NCBI GenBank assembly: GCA_030141605.1
Contig: JAQGDQ010000498.1
Location: 98,816 to 162,815, forward strand
Direction of reading: 5' to 3'
Source of the DNA: Tubiluchus corallicola
Lineage: Eukaryota > Animalia > Priapulida
DNA: 64,000 nucleotides
How positions within the stretch are numbered: the stretch's first letter is position 1; each line of letters begins with the position of its first letter. The translations under genes were made by a program, and so were the position numbers. Below, piece by piece: positions 1-11,559 of this stretch. A model generated the notes under the pieces. It was not told the DNA's origin, did not search any database, and was given only the letters and a program-made list of their open reading frames with translations.

Positions 1-100
1 GGTCATGCGTATTGTTTTCAAACTCTTGTCATAACAGATTTTGGTCATGCGTATTGTTTTCAAACTCTTGGCATAGCATTTACAGCAGATTTTGGTCATG
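1..100. repeat. Short degenerate tandem repeat (~42-bp unit, 2-3 copies)
   Basis: cagattttggtcatgcgtattgttttcaaactcttg recurs at ~1, ~36 and partially ~87. Confidence 0.6.
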
Positions 101-179
101 AGTTATGTAAGTGTAAAAATTTAGCTTAGCAATTGAGCTGTGATAACTCGGTACTTATGAATTACTTCTGGCAATGGAG

Positions 180-1268
180 TCAGGGGTGCAGCCAGGTTCT
201 ATAGTCACAGGCAGCAAACACATAAACAAGGCACCGTGACAGGGGCATAGCCAGGTTCTAAAGTTAGGGGGAGCAGGCACATAAACAAGGCACCGTGACA
301 GGGGCGTAGCCAGGTTCTAAACTTAGGGGGAGCAAGCACATAAACAAGGCACCGTGACAGGGGGGTAGCCAGGGTCCAAAGTTAGGGGGAGCAAGCACAT
401 AAACAAGGCACCGTGACAGGGGCGTAGCCAGGTTCTAAAGTTAGGGGGAGCAAACACATAAACAAGGCACTGTGACAGGGGCGTAGCCAGGTTCTAAAGT
501 TAGGGGGAGCAGGCACATAAACAAGGCACCGTGACAGGGGGGTAGCCAGGGTCTAAAGTTAGGGGGAGCAAGCACATAAAAAAGACACTGTGACAGGGGC
601 GTAGCCAGGGTCTAAAGTTAGGGGGAGCAGGCACATAAACAAGGCACCGTGACAGGGGGGTAGCCAGGTTCTAAAGTTAGGGGGAGCAGGCACATAAACA
701 AGGCACCGTGACAGGGGTGTAGCCAGGTTCTTAAGTTAGGGGGAGCAAGCACATAAACAAGGCACCGTGACAGGGGGGTAGCCAGGTTCTAAAGTTAGGG
801 GGAGCAAGCATATAAACAAGACACTGTGACAGGGGCGTAGCCAGGTTCTAAAGTTAGGGGGAGCAAGCACATAAAAAAGACACTGTGACAGGGGCGTAGC
901 CAGGTTCTAAAGTTAGGGGGAGCAAGCACATAAAAAAGGCACCGTGACAGGGGCGTAGCCAGGTTCTAAAGTTAGGGGGAGCAAGCACATAAACAAGGCA
1001 CCGTGACAGGGGGTAGCCAGGTTCTAAAGTTAGGGGGAGCAAGCACATAAACAAGGCACCGTGACAGGGGCGTAGCCAGGTTCTAAAGTTAGGGGGAGCA
1101 ACAGGGTCTAAAGTTAGGAGGAGCAAGCACATAAACAATGCACTGTGACAGGGGGGTAGCCAGGGTCCAAAGTTAGGAGGAGCAAGCACATAAACAAGGC
1201 ACCTTGACAGGGGTGCAGTCAGGTTCTATAGTCAGAGGCAGCAAACACATAAACAAGGCACCGTGACA
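180..1268. repeat. 60-bp minisatellite, ~18 copies; monomer starts with a hAT-MITE-like terminus
   Basis: Unit caggggcgtagccaggttctaaagttagggggagcaagcacataaacaaggcaccgtga; ORF 854-1189 is its translation. Confidence 0.95.
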
Positions 1269-1482
1269 CATTTACCGAACAATTTTTAAGGCATTGATTG
1301 TACATTTAATTTTGTGTTTAAAATGCTGTGACAAGAATATATTATAATAATAGTTACATAATGATAGTTCATAATTACACTCATGTCTCGGTTTGCCGGA
1401 CTAAAGCGGGAAGACATCCATCCAAGTTTGCTAATTGTCCCTATTTAGAAGCGAATTTTCTATCTTTTCATACCCTTTTTAG

Positions 1483-1635
1483 GAAAGCCAATCAGAAATC
1501 ATTATATCTACGGAGAACAGATTACATTTCGTAACGACGAAACACGAGAGATTCGATTCGTCCGCAATCTTGCAAATATAATCAAAGCTGAATTGGTTAG
1601 AGACGTCTGCGGAATGTTGAACTCTCAACAAGGAG
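1483..1635 (+). CDS. Schlafen/AlbA_2-domain protein (SLFNL1-like), internal exon
   Basis: ttttag|GA ... GGAG|gtgaga; reads KPIRNHYIYGEQITFRNDETREIRFVRNLANIIKAELVRDVCGMLNSQQG, matching the AlbA_2 VCAFLNSxGG motif; in frame with next exon. Confidence 0.75.
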
Positions 1636-2614
1636 GTGAGAGTGAGATTTTGTTTAACTCATGGCTCTAAGAAATCTGTTACATGGTTACAGAATGAGAG
1701 AGCTACATTTTGTAAGGCTCAGTATATTATTTTCGAATGTGAATTGTGAAAGTCGTGTTTGAAGTTGTAGATCCCTCACTTTGTTATGATTGAGTTTAGG
1801 CACAGAAGTATGAACAAGAATAAAAAAATCTATAATACATATTTGCACTGCACACAACAGAAAAGTGTTTATTAAAACTACAGACACATGAGCAGCATGA
1901 CTGCTGCACTGAACACTGAGAGTGAGAGTGACTAGAAAGCAAAACCAGTCAGTATATATAGGTACAGGTGACCTATGCAGACGTGCACAGGCTTCACAAA
2001 AACATTACTTTAAAATAGGGAGAGAACCAGTGAATATGCATTCACTGGACCATACACAATTATACTGGGGGTAAGTTAGCTGGTAGAATGTAACAGGATT
2101 AGCTCATAGATGGCAGCACCTAATTAAAATGTACAATTCCAACTTCCACATGAATCGAATTCGAATTCACTTTCAAAGATTTCAAATAAGTTTTTGAATC
2201 AGAAGCAGTCTTGCTAAGATCGTTTATTTTACTTGATTTTGTCCTGCGGTAAAAACACTGATAGTTTGTTATAAAATAGCAGCTAAATTGAGCTCATTGC
2301 TTGATGTTTCAAACGTTTTTATGATAACGAATGTACGTGGTTGAAATGGTGGCGAGAAATGTGCATTTCTTATGATTTGTGGAAACCTCATTACTATTGC
2401 CGCACCATATTTTTTTGGGATTCTTCCCTCTCCCGTACCCCACCCCACGAAAACATTTTGTACAAATTAAGTAGTTTTTACATAATTTTTTTAATGGAAA
2501 AATAAACGATACTGAAAAACAAGATGGCGGAGGTAATAAGGATCGAGAAACATTTGATGTCAGATGATAGAAAAGAAGGATGAGTGTGTAACGTGTGCAC
2601 GTTATTCCATGCAG

Positions 2615-2757
2615 GTGTCATTTATTACGGATTTGATGAAACCTACAAGGTAAGGGGAATCGTCCTGTTACGGGAACAGCGTGATGAGTTTCGAGTTGGA
2701 CTTGATTGTGTCATGGAGGACAAACTCGTGCCTCTTGTTAAATACATGCTATACGAG
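2615..2757 (+). CDS. Schlafen/AlbA_2-domain protein, internal exon
   Basis: tgcag|GT ... GAG|gtgagt; GVIYYGFDETYKVRGIVLLREQRDEFRVGLDCVMEDKLVPLVKYMLYE resembles the AlbA_2 GxLxxGVxDxGxVxG motif. Confidence 0.8.
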
Positions 2758-2829
2758 GTGAGTTGTTTAAATGCACAACTTTGTGGTTTTGTTTTGCTTT
2801 AGTAAAGGTGGAGCTTTTATGAGATAGAA

Positions 2830-3242
2830 CACTCATGTCTCTGTTTGTCGGACGAATGCGGGAAACGTCGGTCCGAATTTCCGATTGTCCATAATTACCA
2901 TTACTAAGCTAATACAGTAGGAGTCATGCGTTGGACTTACTGTAATGTAGAATCAATCGCCTGATTGTCTCAAAAACGTCTAGTATGGGCTCCTTCTACG
3001 CAAAAATAGATAAAAACTGTCAGCAATTGTCTCAAATAACTCTGAATAATTACAAGCTGTTATTACATGCTGCTTGGTTACACTGATGTAATGATGTAAA
3101 CAAAGTGAAGACCTGCCATCTAGCGGTCAGCTTGCAAAACGTCGGACTGTATCCGTTGCATGCAGAACTTTTAACGGTCCAAATTTTGTCTGATTTTTCC
3201 TATATCCATAAAAGCGGGTTCCGGCAAACCGAATTATGAGTG
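2830..3242. mobile_element. Non-autonomous DNA element (MITE) with imperfect CACTCAT...ATGAGTG ends
   Basis: Left cactcatgtctctgtttgtcggac; right end reverse-complements to cactcataattcggtttgccggaa; a related end sits at ~1378. Confidence 0.5.
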
Positions 3243-3981
3243 TAATTACACTTAAAATGAAGTATCAAATCACACTGTGTTTTTAAATAATTTATGCACA
3301 TAGGAACCTTCATTCACTTTAAGCAGTTAGTCATACATGTTAGTCCACATAACATTTTATATGGATTTACAGGAAGAAAATGCTTCCAGTGAGGGATGTT
3401 CTCTGTAATTACCATTGCATGGCACTCCCACATTAACCTCTTGATTATGTTTTGTTAATGGGGGTTGTTTACTAATTCACTACTGGTTAAAATACTACTT
3501 GAGACTAAAAATTGTTGAGAGAGCCTGGTAATTTGATATCTGTAGGTAAATAATTAATGCAAAATCTTACGTAATAAGCATATGATTTAAAAAATTATTG
3601 ATTTTGTGGAATTTGATAATTTATGCAAAAGAAATTGTTACGTTAATTAGGCGGTAAATGTGGATAAGGAAAAATTTTGTGGTGTAGAAATGGTGATTTT
3701 ATTGTATTTTGTTCATAAAAGACTTGAATGAGACAAAGCTTATCGGAGTTTGACCTTTGCTTACCTTGTAGTATAGAGATGGGCTGTAACTAACAGCTAA
3801 AACATTAATTATAATCAAAGAATGATTACCGTTGCTTTTTTACTTTTTAAATATTGACTGTAACCGTAAACCTTTTCAGTTTGACTACAAAGTGTGTATG
3901 GTACATTTGGGTGATTATCTATCAACATTGTTTCTAAATTCATTGAATGAATCTTTACTTTAAACCTTCTTGTTCTCACAG

Positions 3982-4257
3982 GTGTGTTACGTACCAGTTG
4001 CCGATCCATGCGGATTTGGTAATGTGGATGGCAAAGTCTACTTTGAAAACAGGTTTGTCATAGAAATCCACGTAAGCAAACAGAATATTTGTACGTTTGG
4101 CTTGAGTTCTGGTCAGTGTTACGTTCGTTCTTCCGGGAAGACAGAGACGGTAGATGCACCTACGCTTCGTAACTTAGTCGCCAAGGTTACTGAAAAAGCT
4201 TGTTTAGATGAAATCAATCATCTAGAAAATGAGATTGCTCTTTTAACATCCAAGTAA
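3982..4257 (+). CDS. Schlafen/AlbA_2-domain protein, last coding exon
   Basis: ttctcacag|GTG; VCYVPV...FVIEIHVSK...GQCYVRSSGKT...stop; phase 0 matches the previous exon; resembles the Schlafen core C-terminal part. Confidence 0.8.
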   Translation: MCYVPVADPCGFGNVDGKVYFENRFVIEIHVSKQNICTFGLSSGQCYVRSSGKTETVDAPTLRNLVAKVTEKACLDEINHLENEIALLTSK

Positions 4258-4620
4258 GAGTATATAATTATTGATGAAGATTTATTACAATTTATCTTCC
4301 AAATGTTTCATCAACATCAACGGATAAATTAATGTATTGGATATTTGAATTTATCGAAGCATCAAACAAAATGAAAATAAAATTGGCGAATTTTCTTGCA
4401 GCCTTGAAATTTTATGTGAACGCTTTGTTCGGTTACCTCTAGGTTAAGTGAAAAAAATTAGCACAAATGGACTTCCATTCATGTGAAATCTACTATCAGT
4501 AACTAATTATGCAGTATTACTGTCAAGTTTATTCACCAAGCCACACCTACTGCTTCAACTAATTATCACTATAAAAACCTTTTGCTTTACTATTTGAAAA
4601 AAATTGATAAATAAAAAAAA

Positions 4621-5250
4621 TGAGTCTAATATTGGCTACATTGAGTCTAATATTGGCTACATTGAGTCATTTATTGGCTACACTGAGTCTAATATTGGCT
4701 ACATTGAGTTTAATATTGGCTACACTGAGTCTAATATTGGCTACATTGAGTCTAATATTGGCTACACTGAGTCTAATATTGGCTACATTGAGTTTAATAT
4801 TGGCTACACTGAGTCTAATATTGGCTACACTGAGTCTAATATTGGCTACATTGAGTCTAATATTGGCTACATTGAGTCTAATATTGGCTACACTGAGTCT
4901 AATATTGGCTACACTGAGTCTAATATTGGCTACATTGAGTCTAATATTGGCTACATTGAGTCTAATATTGGCTACATTGAGTCTAATATTGGCGACATTG
5001 AGTCTAATATTGGCTACATTGAGTCTAATATTGGCTACATTGAGTCTAATATTAGCTACATTGAGTCTAATATTAGCTACATTGAGTTTAATATTAGCTA
5101 CATTTATTCTAATATTGGCTACATTTATTCTAATATTGGCTACATTTAGTCTAATATTGGCTACATTTAGTCTAATATTGGCTACATTGAGTCTAATAGT
5201 GGCTACATTTATTCTAATATTGGCTACATTGAGTCTAATATTGGCTACAA
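4621..5250. repeat. 21-bp minisatellite, ~30 copies
   Basis: (gagtctaatattggctacatt)n. Confidence 0.97.
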
Positions 5251-5916
5251 TTTAGTTTTAGTCTATAAATTACTACAGATATCTTTTGCTTTGCATGAAA
5301 TATTTGGAAACTAAATTGTAACAAGATTCCTCATTTGTTTTCTTATTGTCATTTTACTTTACGTCAAGCTTTCACATTTTGCCTTGAGCTTTGTTATGTG
5401 AAATGATTCTTCGGTTCAGTCTGAAAGAGTCACTGTTGACTTTACCCTTGCAGTTCATCGGTGTACAGTGTATCATCGGTCTGGAGGGTGAATTCATAAG
5501 CTGATTGTACTGTTTGTGTCAGAAGTAAAAACTGCTTTTGATCTGTGAACAATTTTGTAATTTTTGTTTTCCTCCACCATCTTGGATGTATTTTCCATTG
5601 TTTGTAGCATTTTTTCTGCAAAGCGTTTTTCATCTATATGCCAACTGGCTTGTGTTTGTTTAGCTGCTCATTTTGCTCGTTCTGTTCCATTGTTAATGCA
5701 GTATGTTCTTTTCATACCAGTTCATTTTCCTAAAATCAAAGTAAAAAAATCTAAGTAGTCAAGTTCCTCACCTGCAGTTTTTTGTACATTTTTGCAATTT
5801 TTATCTATGTATAATCTTCTACCTTTTGTATATAAAAAGTATTTCATGCATCAATGTAATGTATACCCGTGAAATTATTACCCCAGGTCTATATATACAA
5901 TGATATGTATTAAAAC

Positions 5917-6072
5917 AATAGAATTCGGAATAGAGGGAACCAAGCATTTCCTGCATAATAGAATTCCGAATAGAGGGAACCAAGCATTTCCTGATAGAAT
6001 TCGGAATAGAGGGAACCAAGCATTTCCTGCACAATAGAATTCGGAATAGAGGGAACCAAGCATTTCCTGCAT
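5917..6072. repeat. ~38-bp tandem repeat, 4 copies
   Basis: aatagaattcggaatagagggaaccaagcatttcctgc repeated. Confidence 0.9.
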
Positions 6073-6489
6073 AGTAAACTTAAAAGTTTTGTAGATTGAA
6101 AGAGATTTCAGTATGTACTTGTCATGATTTCACGTACTAGATGGGACCCGTACAATCAGCTATATGCTTGATTATATGTGACAAATCTGTATTCTAAATT
6201 TCATGAAAACACACGAACTGAGATAATATCATGAATGTTATTACATAGAGGGGGCACTGTTAGAAATATATTTTGATGTCAGAAAATGTTTCAAATGGTG
6301 CCCTCTGCTGAGACAGAGATTCAGAGATCATAAATTATAATTTAGCGGATTGGATTTCTCTTCTAGTAAAACTGTGAAAAGTTCATATATGATGAAAACA
6401 CTTCAGAAGATGAAGTAAGATGGAGTAGCAAAGCAAAAATTTTACAATGTACAAAAGTATGGCTCTAATTTTCTAATTACTTCACTAAA

Positions 6490-7968
6490 TTAGTCCTCTA
6501 ATGCACCACGAACTCTACTTCGCAACTTGTATCGTTCAAGTGCTTCTGAAGCGATTTCAATGTCTACATCACTGACATCTTTATTTGATTCATCAATATC
6601 TACATTTGGTTGTAGACGTCCACATTTCTGAAGTATTGCAAGCCGAGAAAAGTATGCCTGCACTTGTTTCGGAGTAAGCCAACTTTCCTTTGGTAGCTGT
6701 TTCAGTCTTTTAGAACCTGCCACTGGATCTTCTTTCCTACCTGTTTCTACACCTTTATAGAATTCATTAAGTAGGAATTTTTTAGTAGCATCAGTAAACT
6801 TTTTACGTGGTGCAGTTTTTCTCAAAGCCCAACCTGGATTCAAGACAGATACACTAGGACCGGGAGGGATGTCCGAAACTACAGCTGTTTGTGTAAGCGT
6901 CTGATGGTGGGATATTTCAGTTACACGAGATTGCCAATCACGAGCTATTTTATCCAACCTTGAGTCAGTAACTTTTATCTCAGTATGCCTGCCTATGGAA
7001 AGGTGATGGGTCAGTGCCTCTTCAGTAGTGAAAGTATTTTTACATGTCTCCTCAGTACAAGCAAATTTCTCATCAGTGGGTAGTTTAACTGATCCTGTGG
7101 CAACAACTGGTGCATGATAAGGTAGAACTGAGTAGGAAGTTGGACCTTGCACTTCAGAATTTTTTAACAATTTACTGTAAGGGAAGTAAGTGCCATCACC
7201 AATACCATAAGCACTCCAAACACGAATCCCATCTTTTTCATAAGAAAAATTGTTGAACTTAGTGATACCTGCCCAAGCGGGGGGATCAGTAGTCATCGCG
7301 CTTTCATTCAGTGTCAGCACAGTCACGTAGCAGCCTCGTACTCCACCGTATGATTGGCAAGCATCCATCATTTGACCAGCAGTTGTGACGTCATGACCTT
7401 CATTGACGTAGCGTAATATGTGGCTCTTCAGACTTGCAATTCTCCGATCACAAATATCCTTACCAGCTTGTGCCTCGCTGAAGTCATACTGTTTGAAGTT
7501 TACATTTTGGCGCTTGCCCAAGGCTGGTAATGACAAAATAGTACTCGCACTATGGTAACATCCTGCGTTATCTGATCTTACATAAATATTCAGGATATGC
7601 GAGAGAATCTCCTTGAGCTTTGCAGTAGTGGATTCGAGAACAGAGATAACGCTAAACCAATTTTGACTACATGATTTCTCCACCAAATGGACAAAACAGT
7701 GAATGATAAATTCTTCGTTCATGTTGGTGACCACAGCTGAGAAGTGCCAAGAAATGCCTTTCTTGGCGAACCATTCCTGTTTTGCCTCTCTGTACCTAGT
7801 AGGTAGAAATTTCATGGCCCAGTCCATTGTAATTAAGGCATTGTCGGGTCCAAGATTATCCAATACTTTTACTTTACTTAGTTCCTGATTCACACTACGT
7901 AGACAATGTGACTTAAAATTCAATACACTGTTCTTGGCCTGATGGCAATCGTATTTCATTTCGTCCAC
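6490..7968 (-). mobile_element. DDD-type transposase, probably Sola3-like, 5'-truncated; carries a C2H2-like finger
   Basis: 492-aa intronless ORF with DWAMKFLP..RE..WFAKKGISWH, RSDNAGCYH, SEAQAGKDICDR motifs and CTEETC...HLSIGRH; superfamily from recalled motifs only. Confidence 0.6.
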
Positions 7969-8639
7969 ATTCTCTGTGTTTCTGTGATGTAGGCAAACAC
8001 TCGTTCATTAGCTTATATACTTTTAAGTGTTCCATATTTATTATTACATGTAAATGGTTTGTTATGACACTCTTATCACCTCGACAGCCATAATGATGCT
8101 TCTTTCAGTGTTATTTTGCACTAGTCAACCCCATAAAAGCCTATTTTAGTTATACATTTTTGTGCTGCCACACTATATATATATATATATATGCAGCCAC
8201 ACGACATGCTCTCAAAACAGTGGCAGAAACCTTTACAAATTCACCAACAGTCCCCTTCTAGTAAGCATTATAAAACTTGAAATGCTCTGCGATATCATTT
8301 AGCTCTGGACTATAGGGGCACTCTAGTGCAGCTTTGCACTCAGCGTACATTTTATCTTTAGGCATCTGTGGTCCTACTAAATTATTTAACAATGCACGAT
8401 TGTACGATGAGTTACGAATGGTCGACTACTTTTTGCCAAGATCATGATCTCAGATGCTGGTGGCAAGATAACATGTCAGGGTCACGGGTCACAGAAACAT
8501 CCAACAAACGTTTAACGGCATAATTAAACGTGTTTATTAACCCTAACATTAAAATTGGAATCAAAAGAGCTCAAACTACTATCTTAAAACGTGGTCCCGA
8601 CATTAGACAAAGACATTTCTAATTAGTGGCGCACCAAGC

Positions 8640-11559
8640 TTTCAATGCGCAATGACAAGCACACATTTGTTTAATAACAGGGCTGGCCCTGACAAAAATT
8701 TTTAAGGCAAGAGATGATGGGCACTGGTACTCCGTTTCGGTATGCTATCACTGGTGCTCCTTCTACAGTCACAGCACTACGCCAATGGATAACATTAGCT
8801 GGTCGTAAGAAATTGATACCTAAAATCATAGCATCATCGCACTCTGCTACGATGAACTGAAGCTTGACATTCCTTGTATCAGATACAGGAATTGTAATAA
8901 CAGTAGTGCCATGCACTTTCAAACTAATGCTTTGATCTGCAGCTATCAAGGTAAAGCACAAAAGTAATTCCAGCCTGCTGTGCAGCTTTTAAACTGATTA
9001 AAGAATGTGTGGAACCTCCATCTAATATAGCTAATATTTTGCTCTGACCCAGAATCAGTTTCACACCCAAGCTATCATCGCTGTTAATTTGTCTGCTTAA
9101 AGTTGCAGAAGTTGTATCAGATTTCATGGCTGTTGGAGATTTAGCTAAAGTACAGTCGTGACCTATGTGTCCCTTTTGTTTACATGCATTACACGTGGTA
9201 TAACATTTTCGTGCTTGATGACCCCTTAATCCACACTTGAAACATTTCATGCAAGCTTCTGGTGCATGCCCTGGCTTTTTGCAGTACTTGCAAACTATGC
9301 TAGACTGAAGTGGCTTTTCGTGATGAGCAGTCTTATTAAAATGACGTCTTGCTGTAGGTTGCCGTCTCCGTTCAAGACTATTTTCTTGCTTATTAACCAC
9401 ACATTTCATAATGAGAACACTATTTGATTTTTTATTAGCTGCTTCGGGTGTATGAATGTCAGCTTCATGAAACTTTGTGCACAGTTCTGGTTTAAGATCC
9501 TCTAGAAACGTTGTACACAAAAACGGTCAATCACACTAGCATCAGTTATTTCAGGATTAGCCGCCTGAAATAGTTTCTTAAGATTGCTTGCATATGTGAA
9601 TGGTGACTCATCTCGCTTCAGAGTTGCTGATTAAACTGGGTAAGATGCAATAACTGTGCTTGCTCAGGGCGAAAAATACACTTTAGGTTTGCTTTCAGCT
9701 GTTCATAATCATTATCTGCATCAGGTAGGGTTGTAGGAAGCCGAGTAGACCACTGAGCCAAGTAGACCACTGAGCCAAGTAGACCACTGAGCCAAGTAGA
9801 CCAAGTAAAACCGATGCGCTAAAAGTGGGCAGCCCAAGTAGGACACTAGCGATTTTTGTCGAGAATCGGTAATTTTGTCAAATTTTTGAAAATTCTGTGA
9901 AAGTTTCTTCATTTTATTAAAAATTGTGCTTGATGGTTGAGTTGTCGTCAGTTTGGCGTCATGAAAACTTGCTTGACCAGGTGTTTAACTCAGCATGCAG
10001 TACGCAGGTATTGTTTTGCGATGACTTTTGTAACTCGTTCACTCAACGAGAGTTTGTTTGGTAACAAAGCAGCTCATTTAGCAGTCTAACATTGTTCAGC
10101 AGTATGGTTATAATAGAGAAGAATTGAAACAATACTACAGGAAAATGTCAATCATTGAAGTCGTGTTATGCAGCCTGTTGTTATGAGTGCTAATGATGAT
10201 GCCAAATTGATGGCTCACCACCTGATTGGATGTTACCGACTCATAAACTTGCAACGGAATTTGGAGTTTTGCAAGGACGGTTTTCTGCTGGAGACTTAGA
10301 TGAGTTTTCATGGACAGTATCAGCAGACTGTTCATTGCATCTAAGTTTACGTGCCACAGTGAAGAAATTTCTGCCTCACAACCGTCTTATCAATTCGCGA
10401 TCTGTCTCTAGTGTCCTACTTGGGCAGCCCAAGTAGACCAATTGGTATACTTGGCTCAGTGGTCTACTCGGCTCCCTACAAGGGTATCTAATGTATTCTC
10501 TGCTTCACCATGCAGCAAGGCTGGCAATACTTGGAATTTCTTAGCATCATCCCAGTTATTCGCTATTGCTACTCGTTCAAATCTCTTAATAAATTTATCA
10601 AAGTCTGAACTGCCATCGAAGCTCGGTGTCTGTACTACCGGTAATGACGCTACAGGAGCTGCTGGGACTCCAGCTACATTACCACCATCTGGCTCTTGAT
10701 CGCCCATAATGGTATGCTATTTGCTTGCTATGTTATCTTACCATAAAATGTTATTTTCGCTAACAGTAAATGCTATTATTCATCACCATGCCAGCTAAAA
10801 GCACCAGACGCTGCTATACCGCCAACCTGGTCCAATCATAACCATGCTTGCTATCGTCGCTGTTTCACTACTGCTTTCAAATTGCTGTTAAAACACTATA
10901 ATAACATTTTATCCTTGATCTTGGATCCCTGATCCCACTGCTGTTTGTTATGGTTCTTTATTAAAAAAAGACAATTGTTTGCAAGCAACCAATACATAAA
11001 TTGGATCTTGTCACGAAATTGCTTTGTTATAAAATTACGCCATTTTGCACGAGGTCTCCTCATTGCACAAATCAGCTCCATTCTACTAATTGCCTTTACA
11101 ATTTTACGTTAAGTTACCACAAGACTCTAGCAAAGCAACATATTTTATACTATATACTCACAAGTCCCTTGTGATTAGTCACTATATGATGATTTAGAAC
11201 AGCGGAAGTAGTACACAATTCACCGCACACTGGACAGTAGTACACAATTCACCGCACAAAGGACAATGTTTGACAATAAAATTTGCTCTACCATAGGTCA
11301 CCAAAACGTCAAGGTTGAGGTAATCTAAACATAAGCAAATCAAATAACCAGCTAAAAACAATGTAAATACAATTTCATACACGCTACGTACAACCAAACC
11401 GTACTCGTATAATCAAACTACACGAATGACACCTACTGTTCAAACCCCCTGGTAGCACGTCAACCGAAACCAAACTGCGCAAAATCTGAAGGCGCGAAAT
11501 TTACAGACGTGGCTGCTACACGCGAGTTCAACAAGCAACCTGTCATGTTTCGCCCTACA
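8640..11559 (-). mobile_element. Degenerate Ty3/Gypsy LTR retrotransposon (gag with CCHC knuckles, aspartic protease)
   Basis: Gag N-term FDGSSDFDKFIKRFERVAIANNW (10481-10707); CKYCKKPGHAPEAC, CFKCGLRGHQARKC, CNACKQKGHIGHDC; protease ILDGGSTHSLI and ILGINFL; PBS-like TGGTGACC near 11303; outer limits approximate. Confidence 0.8.
9732..10480. mobile_element. 749-bp non-autonomous TIR element with TGT...ACA ends and 5-bp TSD (Ginger/TDD-like)
   Basis: TIR tgtaggaagccgagtagaccactgagccaagta vs rc tgtagggagccgagtagaccactgagccaagta; TSD AGGGT at 9727-9731 and 10481-10485; removal rejoins gag LDTL|PDADNDYEQLKANL. Confidence 0.85.

Noticed and set aside
4604-5255. Repetitive ORFs (ESNIGYI)n and (SLILATL)n
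   Set aside because: Translations of a 21-bp minisatellite; no splice or domain context
5440-5830. Exon-like - strand segments with GT/AG sites
   Set aside because: Stops and frameshifts, no recognisable domain
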